Source of the DNA: a virus
Taxonomy: Duplodnaviria; Heunggongvirae; Uroviricota; Caudoviricetes
IMG/VR virus record: IMGVR_UViG_3300009419_001390
Length of the DNA stretch: 64,000 nucleotides
Strand: one strand, 5' to 3'
A program made the translations under genes and the position numbers. The number at the start of each line of letters is the position of its first letter. Position 1 is the stretch's first letter. The notes under the pieces were generated by a model. It had not been told where the DNA came from and did no database searches. It worked only from the letters and a program-made list of their open reading frames with translations. This document shows positions 57,019-64,000 of the stretch, piece after piece.

Positions 57019-57179
57019 GCTTTTTTGAATATTAAACAATCATTGTATATGGTAATTAACTCGTAGCCAGCTTCGCCCAGTGACTGTATCATTTCCAAAT
57101 ACTCAGTTGGGTTGATGTTGACTTCATCACTTTTGGCCATCATGGGCAGTATAGTGTACTTGTAACTAACAGGTGTCAT
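56997..57179 (-). CDS. small hypothetical protein (DUF4177-like)
   Basis: YKY.I...LGEAGYELI......LIFKK pattern. Confidence 0.5.
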   Translation of the reverse strand: MTPVSYKYTILPMMAKSDEVNINPTEYLEMIQSLGEAGYELITIYNDCLIFKKACYNIEK

Positions 57180-57406
57180 TTTTTGTTTAGTTTTTCTTGT
57201 TCAGCTTTGTGTTGCATGTCTTGATCATGTGCATGACGATTCCGACAGGCCTCTTTTACTTTAGGCGGTATGTCTGGATGAAAACTGGCCATGGTACAAT
57301 CGTAGTACACATAGTTATTCCTGTTTCGTACATCGGCCATAAGAAAATACAATGCAATCAATGCCAGTGCAAGTACTATGCCACCTTTGATTAACTCGCT
57401 TTGCAT
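57176..57406 (-). CDS. small membrane-anchored protein
   Basis: N-terminal TM helix; YYDC...HPDIP..VKEACR. Confidence 0.65.
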   Translation of the reverse strand: MQSELIKGGIVLALALIALYFLMADVRNRNNYVYYDCTMASFHPDIPPKVKEACRNRHAHDQDMQHKAEQEKLNKK

Positions 57407-57927
57407 AAATCCTCCCAGGTATCATAGGCGCAATTTTTATTGTACCACCCACCAGCTCGTTCCCCAGTAACTGGGTCAACTGGAATTTTGATTCCAGCCG
57501 CCGGATGTTCGCCTAGTTCGTTTGGCGGAATGGCAAAAAAATTTGGTTTATTGGTTAGCCAGTTCCATCCTATTGCATACACGGTGCCTTGTTTATTTTT
57601 GACACTTGAAATTACAAAACGTCTGTTATCTCCGTCCTTGAGTAAAACTGTTGTTTTCATATCTCCTAGTATTGTGTCTTTGTTGCGTTCGATGGTTACA
57701 AAATCGTAACCATCTCCACTGACTTTTTTAGTAGGTAATCCAAGTACATTTCGCACAGTTACAAACAAATTTTCATACACACCGCTTAACTGTATCTCAC
57801 CGGCATCATACATTGCTATGAATTGTTTTTGGGTAAGATTGTTTGTGCATTTATATTTTTTCTTTAACTTCCATGCATATTCTGCCAATGGCCGTTGCGC
57901 AGTATTCATACGATCACATGTCGACAT
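57391..57927 (-). CDS. putative PD-(D/E)xK nuclease
   Basis: E.L.....GDGYDF...ILGDMK arrangement. Confidence 0.45.
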   Translation of the reverse strand: MSTCDRMNTAQRPLAEYAWKLKKKYKCTNNLTQKQFIAMYDAGEIQLSGVYENLFVTVRNVLGLPTKKVSGDGYDFVTIERNKDTILGDMKTTVLLKDGDNRRFVISSVKNKQGTVYAIGWNWLTNKPNFFAIPPNELGEHPAAGIKIPVDPVTGERAGGWYNKNCAYDTWEDLCKAS

Positions 57928-57928
57928 A

Positions 57929-58483
57929 TTAAACTCCAAAATGCTTGTAATGCTGTTCCAAGGTCCAGTTATGCGGATCTGCAATAACTTTGCCATTGTA
58001 CACGGAAAATGTATTTCCGGTCAAGACATTGTAACGATCAAAGAAATGCCAATAGCTGGGACTTGTGCTAACATGTCCTGCTCGACGCAGTACTTCATCG
58101 TTGGTCTTGCTGATCAAACATGTTGGTGCATTGAGAGCTTGATCAACTGTCAACACACCAGCCAACATCATGTCGCGAATTTTGCTCGCTGGAATGATAT
58201 GTTCGAATATACAGTCACGTGGATTTACGTCCACTTGAACATAGTGTGATCCAATGCCGCCACCAATGGTATATCCATGGTAACGACGGATCCAATGATC
58301 GATACTGTCACGTAGCAGGCGCAGATGTTGCATGCCTCCGCCTGCCTTGTACATCACAACCAAACGATTGATTTCGTTTACTGTGAGTTCTAGAGTTTCA
58401 GCATAGGCAGAATCGTTGCGTGTCACACGCCCATAGTCTGCTTCGCCAAAGCCTTCAATCAAGGTTTTTAGATTATTTGCCAT
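57929..58483 (-). CDS. putative His-Me finger/HNH-like nuclease
   Basis: CIFEHIIP followed by CLISK.ND..L. Confidence 0.4.
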   Translation of the reverse strand: MANNLKTLIEGFGEADYGRVTRNDSAYAETLELTVNEINRLVVMYKAGGGMQHLRLLRDSIDHWIRRYHGYTIGGGIGSHYVQVDVNPRDCIFEHIIPASKIRDMMLAGVLTVDQALNAPTCLISKTNDEVLRRAGHVSTSPSYWHFFDRYNVLTGNTFSVYNGKVIADPHNWTLEQHYKHFGV

Positions 58484-58739
58484 CACGCATGATCTCAACA
58501 ATGCGATCTTGCTCTTTGTTGTAGTCTGCCCAACTGCTCTTGACAGTGTCCCAAACAAACCATTTGAGAAATACCACAGCCATTAACCCAGCAAACAGAT
58601 ACATGTATACCTGTTCGTGGGTACTGCCTTTTTCAGCTGTGATGTAAGCACCTAGCCAGAAACAAGCAAACCACCAGATCTTTTGCCAAGCATCATACTG
58701 ACGCCACTTCCAGGTAATGAAATTAAACACTTTCTTCAT
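58473..58739 (-). CDS. small membrane protein
   Basis: Two aromatic-rich TM helices. Confidence 0.65.
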   Translation of the reverse strand: MKKVFNFITWKWRQYDAWQKIWWFACFWLGAYITAEKGSTHEQVYMYLFAGLMAVVFLKWFVWDTVKSSWADYNKEQDRIVEIMRDGK

Positions 58740-58767
58740 TATTTGCACACTTGAGTATCAGTATTCA

Positions 58768-60060
58768 TCATCGACCTTTCTTGGCTTCTTCATAGTGCGC
58801 CCACACACCAAACTCTGGTTGTGCATCTGGGTTGCCTTTGATGACCCAAACTGTATCACAGTAGGGCTCAACTTCTTTAGGATCCCAACCAAAGAAACAG
58901 TAGTCAGTAAACATGTTCAGCTTTTTAGGCTCAATGTCATTGTCTTTCAAGAACTGCCACACGCACATTGGATCAGTGCCGCCGCCACCTTGTGGCTCGT
59001 ATGACTCAATGTCGCTGAGGTTGTCGCTTGTGAAGATTTGATGATTGTACACTTCAGTATCCCAAGTCACAACATGGATCTTGTACTCATCGTAGCTTTC
59101 CATGATGCCTTTGATTTCACTCAAGAAGTCTTTGATATCACGTTCACTAATAGAGCCTGACGTGTCCATACCAATGAACACATCAATTTGATTACCAGGC
59201 AACATGCCGGGCATGATAGCATCCATGTGCCAACCACGTCGGCTGGTCTTCATCCAAGAGTAATCACTCTTGATGGTGCTTTGGATCTGTTGCTCCAGTA
59301 ACGTGCGCCAGTCAATAACAGGCTCAGTCAAGTCGCTAATCAGACGTTTAACACCAGCAGGCAAGTTGCCTGCGCCTGCTTGTTGTGCGGCATTGAGCAC
59401 AGCCTCACGCAATTCATCCTTGATTGCTTGCTTTTCTTCTTCAGTCAGCTTGGGACGACCGTTGCCTTTTTTGTCACCGTCTTCATCACTTTCGTCATCG
59501 CCGTCGCCGTTGCCATCCAAGTGCTCGTCCAACAGTTGTTCTAGCAGTTGTTCTAGATTGATCTTCTTGACATTTTTCATCAAGTCATCATAGATCTCTT
59601 CTGACATCATGCCGCGATATTTTGGATCGTACAACATACCACATACATTAATGCGCTCGCCAACCTTTTGGTCAATCAAGTCTGCGTTCACAGCATAGTC
59701 GTTGGCAATGTTAAAGATTTGCGGGTCGCGATCACCTCTACGACCCATGTGATCGTATACAGCATGCAGTACTTCGTGACCAACCAAGAATTCCAATTGC
59801 TTGGCAGGAAGCTTCTCAACAAATACAGTATTGTAATAGAAGTTGCGGCCATCTGTAGCCGCAGTAGGGCACCAGTCATCAGCATTGATCAACTGCATGC
59901 GAGTGGCAAGGTTGCCAAAGAAAGGAGCCTTGAGTAGGAGTGCAATACGAGCAGTGATGAGTTTTTCGCGAACAGCATTGTCTCGCTTTTGATCAAACTC
60001 AATTTTAGGCAGTTCTTTTTTACTGACCTTTTTGTTTAGGGTAGTTGTTGCAGTAGACAT
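58768..60060 (-). CDS. HEXXH metallopeptidase-like plus vWA-like protein (DUF2201 type)
   Basis: TAATDG, LVGHEVLH, N.A.DYAVN, MIDAS-like DTSGS, GGGGT. Confidence 0.88.
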   Translation of the reverse strand: MSTATTTLNKKVSKKELPKIEFDQKRDNAVREKLITARIALLLKAPFFGNLATRMQLINADDWCPTAATDGRNFYYNTVFVEKLPAKQLEFLVGHEVLHAVYDHMGRRGDRDPQIFNIANDYAVNADLIDQKVGERINVCGMLYDPKYRGMMSEEIYDDLMKNVKKINLEQLLEQLLDEHLDGNGDGDDESDEDGDKKGNGRPKLTEEEKQAIKDELREAVLNAAQQAGAGNLPAGVKRLISDLTEPVIDWRTLLEQQIQSTIKSDYSWMKTSRRGWHMDAIMPGMLPGNQIDVFIGMDTSGSISERDIKDFLSEIKGIMESYDEYKIHVVTWDTEVYNHQIFTSDNLSDIESYEPQGGGGTDPMCVWQFLKDNDIEPKKLNMFTDYCFFGWDPKEVEPYCDTVWVIKGNPDAQPEFGVWAHYEEAKKGR

Positions 60061-60086
60061 TCGGGCTCCTTGTATGTATGCAAATA

Positions 60087-60115
60087 ATTATACGACAGGG
60101 TGGATTTAGTGTCAA
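60087..60115 (-). promoter_or_regulatory. consensus sigma70 promoter within an 8-bp inverted repeat
   Basis: TTGACA-17-TATAAT; CAGGGTGG (60096-60103) and CCACCCTG (60118-60125) flank the -35. Confidence 0.85.
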
Positions 60116-60132
60116 ACCCACCCTGGGCCACT

Positions 60133-61251
60133 TTACTTCTCTTTGGCACTTGCGGCAAGGATGTACTTGCCAAAACGCTTGTGGAACTCATCAAAGTGCT
60201 TGAGCTTGTTGGGAATCAACGGCAAGTTGTAGGTAGTGAGTGCAACACGCGAACCCATGACCACCAACTCAGTGTTGAAATTGTCCATCATGTATTTGAG
60301 GAAGTTGTCAGCAAACGGATGCCATTTATCCATCTCTGCTTTGTCACCCTTGCAGGCTTGGAAACGTTCTTGCAAGGTGTAGCACAGACTAACTGCAAGC
60401 GAGTATTGTGCAGAAACTTCTTTGGTATCCAGTGTAGTAACCTTGCCGCTCAACACATCCTCAGGCTTGGGCATTTTGCCAGCAACCTTGCGGTGTGCCA
60501 TGAACTTGATGGCAATACCTTCGCCCACAGTGCCTGCAATCAGGTTAGTCAATTCTGCATCAGTCATGTCATCGTCTTCGCAGAACTGGCTTACAAAACT
60601 CCACGAGCGTGGAGTAGCAAATGCACGGCTCACTGAACGAGCGTCAAAGTCAAACAAGTCTTGTTTGGCAAAGCCAACGTAACCAACCACGTCTTTGTGG
60701 ATTTTGTTGTTCACAGCCCATTGCTCCCAGGCGCCGTGATCCACACGGATCTCTTGGTGAACAAAACGGTTTGCCAACGGAGTAGGCATACGGAATGTCA
60801 CACCCTTGTCGCTTTCGCGGTTACCTGCGGCAACCATGACCACGTTCTTGGGCAGGATATACTTGCCCACACGGCGATTCAAAATCAACTGATATGCCGC
60901 ACTTTGTACAGCAGGTGCCGCAGAGTTGAGTTCGTCCAAAAACAGCACAACCACCGGATACTGACTCGCAAGCTCATCATCGGGCAAGTCCACAGGGGCC
61001 GCCCAGTCCATCTTGCCTAGTTCTTTGTTGTAAAAAGGAATACCACGGATGTCAGTGGGTTCCATCTGACCCAGGCGCAAGTCAATCATAAAGCCACCAA
61101 GCTCTTGCGTGATGCCTTCAACTAATTCACTTTTACCAATACCAGGAGGGCCCCAAAGAAAAACTGGGCGTTGTTTTTTGAAACAGCGCAGAATACTTTT
61201 ACGAGCTTCTGTTGCTGTGATTGTGCGATTTTCACTTGTCTTTGCGACCAT
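60133..61251 (-). CDS. MoxR-type AAA+ ATPase
   Basis: GPPGIGKS, DIRGIP, LFLDEL, QLILNRRVG, AAGN, LANRF. Confidence 0.92.
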   Translation of the reverse strand: MVAKTSENRTITATEARKSILRCFKKQRPVFLWGPPGIGKSELVEGITQELGGFMIDLRLGQMEPTDIRGIPFYNKELGKMDWAAPVDLPDDELASQYPVVVLFLDELNSAAPAVQSAAYQLILNRRVGKYILPKNVVMVAAGNRESDKGVTFRMPTPLANRFVHQEIRVDHGAWEQWAVNNKIHKDVVGYVGFAKQDLFDFDARSVSRAFATPRSWSFVSQFCEDDDMTDAELTNLIAGTVGEGIAIKFMAHRKVAGKMPKPEDVLSGKVTTLDTKEVSAQYSLAVSLCYTLQERFQACKGDKAEMDKWHPFADNFLKYMMDNFNTELVVMGSRVALTTYNLPLIPNKLKHFDEFHKRFGKYILAASAKEK

Positions 61252-61285
61252 AAAATACTCCTAAGAAAAATTTGATTACAGGGCT

Positions 61286-61314
61286 AGTATATTGCAGTCG
61301 CAATTTACTGTCAA
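61286..61314 (-). promoter_or_regulatory. sigma70 promoter
   Basis: TTGACA-17-TATACT; AGGAG RBS before ATG 61251. Confidence 0.8.
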
Positions 61315-61325
61315 ACAGTTTTTTG

Positions 61326-61760
61326 TTATTTCGTTTTTTCGCCACACTTGGCACCAAACTCGGCAACCAGGAACTCGCGGCATTGTGCTTCGGTGCGTTT
61401 GGTCACAACGACCTTGCCGCCCATAAAGCCCACAAACAGATTGCGGTGCTCCACAAACTTGATCTCGCCATCGGCACCTGTGTGCTTTTGACGAAGCGGT
61501 GCTTTGGATGGCACCTTTTTGGATGGCACCTTTTTGGTTGCTACCGTGGTTGCCTTTTTGACAGCCTTTGCAGGAGTCGTGGCTTCCGTTTTGGTAGCTG
61601 GCAGGGCAGATGTTGCAAGTGGCTTATGCACATAGCCATGTTTCTTGTCATACTTGGCAATGAATGCTTCATCCTTGCCCCAGGTGTCAATCAGTCGTTT
61701 GACTTCAGTGCCAGGCAGTTGATTCCAGTGAATAATTGAGTCTGTCCAGTTTACCATCAT
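61326..61760 (-). CDS. hypothetical protein with Lys/Ala/Pro-rich linker
   Basis: AAGGAG RBS; KKVPSKKVPSK tandem repeat. Confidence 0.7.
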   Translation of the reverse strand: MMVNWTDSIIHWNQLPGTEVKRLIDTWGKDEAFIAKYDKKHGYVHKPLATSALPATKTEATTPAKAVKKATTVATKKVPSKKVPSKAPLRQKHTGADGEIKFVEHRNLFVGFMGGKVVVTKRTEAQCREFLVAEFGAKCGEKTK

Positions 61761-61789
61761 GGGCTCCTTGTTTGTTTGACTTAGCCTAC

Positions 61790-61818
61790 AGTATAGCAAA
61801 AACGGGACTTTGGGTCAA
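61790..61818 (-). promoter_or_regulatory. sigma70 promoter-stem-loop cassette, copy A
   Basis: TTGACC-17-TATACT; AAAAACGG/CCGTTTTT arms around the -35. Confidence 0.8.
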
Positions 61819-61835
61819 CCGTTTTTTTATTGCAT

Positions 61836-62123
61836 TTACGCAACAGATTGCAATACTAAAAACTTTACTACTTTGGGTTGCATTTTTACAGCAACAGATT
61901 GACTGTTATTTTGCGCACGAAACTCCTCAATTTTTGCTTGTATTACTGCATGAGTAGTGGTGTTGTGAAAAGGCAACTCTGAATAATAGAGTGCTTTGTT
62001 TGCAGGGCACTTGTCAAAATTGTGCGCACTTATGCGAATTGCAACAGGTGAATTTGAGTAAGGTGTTGTTTTAATACTAACGTTTACAAACAGGCAATTA
62101 CTTGCTTTTGTGTTAAATTGCAT
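61836..62123 (-). CDS. hypothetical protein
   Basis: AAAGGAG RBS before ATG 62123. Confidence 0.65.
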   Translation of the reverse strand: MQFNTKASNCLFVNVSIKTTPYSNSPVAIRISAHNFDKCPANKALYYSELPFHNTTTHAVIQAKIEEFRAQNNSQSVAVKMQPKVVKFLVLQSVA

Positions 62124-62152
62124 TTGAGCTCCTTTTTTACTACCGAACACAT

Positions 62153-62181
62153 AGTATAGCAAAAACGGGCTTTTGGGTCAA
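62153..62181 (-). promoter_or_regulatory. sigma70 promoter-stem-loop cassette, copy B
   Basis: TTGACC-17-TATACT; near-identical to copy A over ~37 bp. Confidence 0.8.
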
Positions 62182-62206
62182 CCGTTTTTTGTTGTAAAAA
62201 AGCCAC

Positions 62207-62235
62207 AAAAAAACCCTTGATTTACAAGGGTTTTT
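62207..62235 (-). terminator. intrinsic terminator (potentially bidirectional)
   Basis: 11-bp inverted repeat AAAAACCCTTG/CAAGGGTTTTT, 5-nt loop, T-tract on both strands; lies 15 nt after the stop of the 62250 gene. Confidence 0.85.
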
Positions 62236-62249
62236 GTTAGCAGTGCAGG

Positions 62250-63368
62250 TTAACCTAGCTCTGGGTTTGTCCACGTTTTTGTTAACATGCCACCAGAATA
62301 AGCAGGATCCAATATTTCAAGTTGTACAGAAATAGTAATGTTCAAACCGTCAGTGGCCCAGTTTGGATTCAGACCAGCTGGTCCAGACAAATTGTATCCA
62401 CTGTAGGCAAAAAGACGTACATCAAATTTTGCACCGTTGGAACCTTCGCTTTGATCGCCGCTGAGCTTTACGCTGAGAGTGACATAACTGTCTGAGTATA
62501 CTGCACCTGCCACAGCTGACCTACGGCCTAGTTGTGTGTATCCAGCACCGTTTGAGAATGTCCAGAAACCTTTGCTTTTATCCTCTGTTGCACTTGAGTC
62601 ATTGCCCGAAAATCCTGTGTTGTCATTGTAGCCAATTGTACATGTGCCCAGGCCGTCAATGATAGCGCCCATTTCAAGACTTCTGGCATCACCGCTTGAT
62701 GTGGCACTGACTTTGATTCTTAGTTTGCCGCCGGCATTGAAGAACCATCTGGCCTGATTGCCATCGTTCCATGTGCAGGTACGATCATATGTTCTAGTTT
62801 GCACACTGTAGGTGTTGTTTGCCACAGTCCAGACGTTGGTCCCGGGTGAACCAGTAAGCGCCAGTGTTTGGGTAGATCTAGCTGTCCCTGTACCACCTGC
62901 GGCAGCGTCAATTTTGCTTTGTACAGAATTTATAGCACGTACTGTTCCGCTGAACATTGGTCTAGTTGGCAAAGACAGATTGGCTTGGTTTTGATGATAC
63001 AGCATGCGGTTGATGGTACTGAATAAACCAATCCAGTGACTGGCAGAAATTATTTCAGCGGTATCTCCCGAGCTTGGTCCGTCAACTGGCCTTAGACTAC
63101 CGGATTCATCGCTCCAGGAACTGCCTGTAACAGGGTCTGTTCCAAATGGGCGAAATCTGTTGTTTGGGCTAGATAAATTTGTATTGTCATATGCTTCAAA
63201 TCCAGGCACTGCGGTCATGGGTTGATTCATTCCGCGATTGCCGCTGCCTCGACCCCATATACGATATAGATTATTATTTGAAGTAACCAGTGTGCCGCCG
63301 CTGTCACTACCCCAGACAAACTGGTTGTAGTGCGATGCTAGTGCTTCATCAGATAATTGATATGCCAT
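62250..63368 (-). CDS. virion structural/tail-associated protein
   Basis: MAY start, G/S/T/N-rich beta content, ARWFFNAGGKLRI motif; follows a tail-fibre gene. Confidence 0.6.
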   Translation of the reverse strand: MAYQLSDEALASHYNQFVWGSDSGGTLVTSNNNLYRIWGRGSGNRGMNQPMTAVPGFEAYDNTNLSSPNNRFRPFGTDPVTGSSWSDESGSLRPVDGPSSGDTAEIISASHWIGLFSTINRMLYHQNQANLSLPTRPMFSGTVRAINSVQSKIDAAAGGTGTARSTQTLALTGSPGTNVWTVANNTYSVQTRTYDRTCTWNDGNQARWFFNAGGKLRIKVSATSSGDARSLEMGAIIDGLGTCTIGYNDNTGFSGNDSSATEDKSKGFWTFSNGAGYTQLGRRSAVAGAVYSDSYVTLSVKLSGDQSEGSNGAKFDVRLFAYSGYNLSGPAGLNPNWATDGLNITISVQLEILDPAYSGGMLTKTWTNPELG

Positions 63369-64000
63369 TATAAATTCACTTTCACTACTGCCTCAATCAA
63401 GCCTTCTTCGTGGCCTAATTTATCCTCAAGAGCTCTGCCAATGATTGCACCAGCGCCCACAGGTGATGCAAACTGTGCTGCCATTGCGCAACCATTTCCA
63501 GCACTGACCAAACGATCACCCTTGGAAATAGGACCTGTGCAACGTACAGGTACTCGACCAATCATTGCAACTGGAGGATGTGTGTCGTTGTCACCTGCTT
63601 CACTGTTCATTAGGTGAGCTGGTTTAGAACTTACCACACCCAGTACTTCTGTGCTAGCGGCTTCGTTCTCAATTGTAACTTCTTTTGCACCGCCAATGCG
63701 AACCAGTGTACCTGGCGCATAAACAGCATCTGCTTCATAGCGTTCTGCCAAGTCAGCGTATTTTGCGCTGGTTGCAGTACCACGTAGATCATTGATCCAA
63801 GCTGTGCCAAACTTTCTTCCAGAAGTACCAATGTTCAGTGTGCCATCAGCCGCAGTTCCTGTGCCTGAGGTTTGATATGATATACCACTGCTGTCTAGTA
63901 CCAAATGGCTACTGCTGTAGCCTGCCACATAAGCAACACCAAAACGCATGGCAGCGGTGCCAATATCTGCTTCGCCTGTGGTGCCACCTGAATACCAACG
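63368..64000 (-). CDS. tail fibre C-terminal region (5' end outside window)
   Basis: Frame open to the window edge; GTATSAKYADLAERY.AD..Y.PGT, GVVS..PA..MN, PVA..GRVPV, G..I.KGD.LVS. Confidence 0.75.
   Translation of the reverse strand, partial: RWYSGGTTGEADIGTAAMRFGVAYVAGYSSSHLVLDSSGISYQTSGTGTAADGTLNIGTSGRKFGTAWINDLRGTATSAKYADLAERYEADAVYAPGTLVRIGGAKEVTIENEAASTEVLGVVSSKPAHLMNSEAGDNDTHPPVAMIGRVPVRCTGPISKGDRLVSAGNGCAMAAQFASPVGAGAIIGRALEDKLGHEEGLIEAVVKVNL

Noticed and set aside
61505-61536. 15-bp tandem repeat (ttggatggcaccttt x2)
   Set aside because: It is a simple in-frame duplication (KKVPS) in a low-complexity linker.
427-63831. Numerous antisense and alternate-frame ORFs in the track (e.g. 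427-870, 8761-9360, 35479-36090, 60100-60636)
   Set aside because: They lie opposite or inside well-supported genes, lack an RBS, and have compositions explained by the sense gene's codon pattern.
1-64000. CRISPR array, tRNA or rRNA genes
   Set aside because: No regularly spaced direct repeats and no cloverleaf with T-loop/anticodon arms were seen. Intergenic gaps are mostly under 90 nt and are explained by promoters or leaders.
1-64000. Alternative genetic code or stop-codon readthrough
   Set aside because: Known enzymes (polymerase, ThyA, FolE, QueE, GalE) are full length under the standard code; TAA, TAG and TGA all terminate genes normally.
1-64000. Apparent abundance of GATC sites as a sign of modification-protected DNA
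   Set aside because: This is only a visual impression; it needs an observed/expected tetranucleotide count that could not be run.

Overview
The window is a densely coding 64 kb piece of a large T4-like (gp45 clamp, family B polymerase, rnh, DsbA, TAAATA-type late promoters) dsDNA phage. It starts inside a ClpA/B-family gene and ends inside a tail-fibre gene. Genes run on + up to ~50.9 kb and on - after that. Main blocks: (1) a late module of probable internal head proteins, including a 1250-aa protein built from cassettes separated by prohead-protease-like [LVIM]-x-E sites; (2) host-physiology genes (Dps, fatty-acid desaturase, Bax-inhibitor-1) and replication genes; (3) a 7-deazaguanine DNA-modification region (TGT-like DpdA with an apparent frameshift, a DpdL-like QueD paralogue, FolE, two QueD, QueE, no QueC in the window) interleaved with a glycosyltransferase and sugar epimerases, with a preQ1-I-like pseudoknot leader (candidate riboswitch) in front of the first queD; (4) many small hypothetical genes; (5) an operon of four GT-like genes and five tandem radical SAM genes, converging on an oxidoreductase/DegT/epimerase amino-sugar operon; (6) thyA, DHFR, two putative nucleases, a MoxR/vWA pair and near-consensus sigma70 promoters embedded in stem-loops. 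All product calls come from motif recognition by eye, not database searches. Several start codons were moved from the ORF track to positions with an RBS or a gene overlap.
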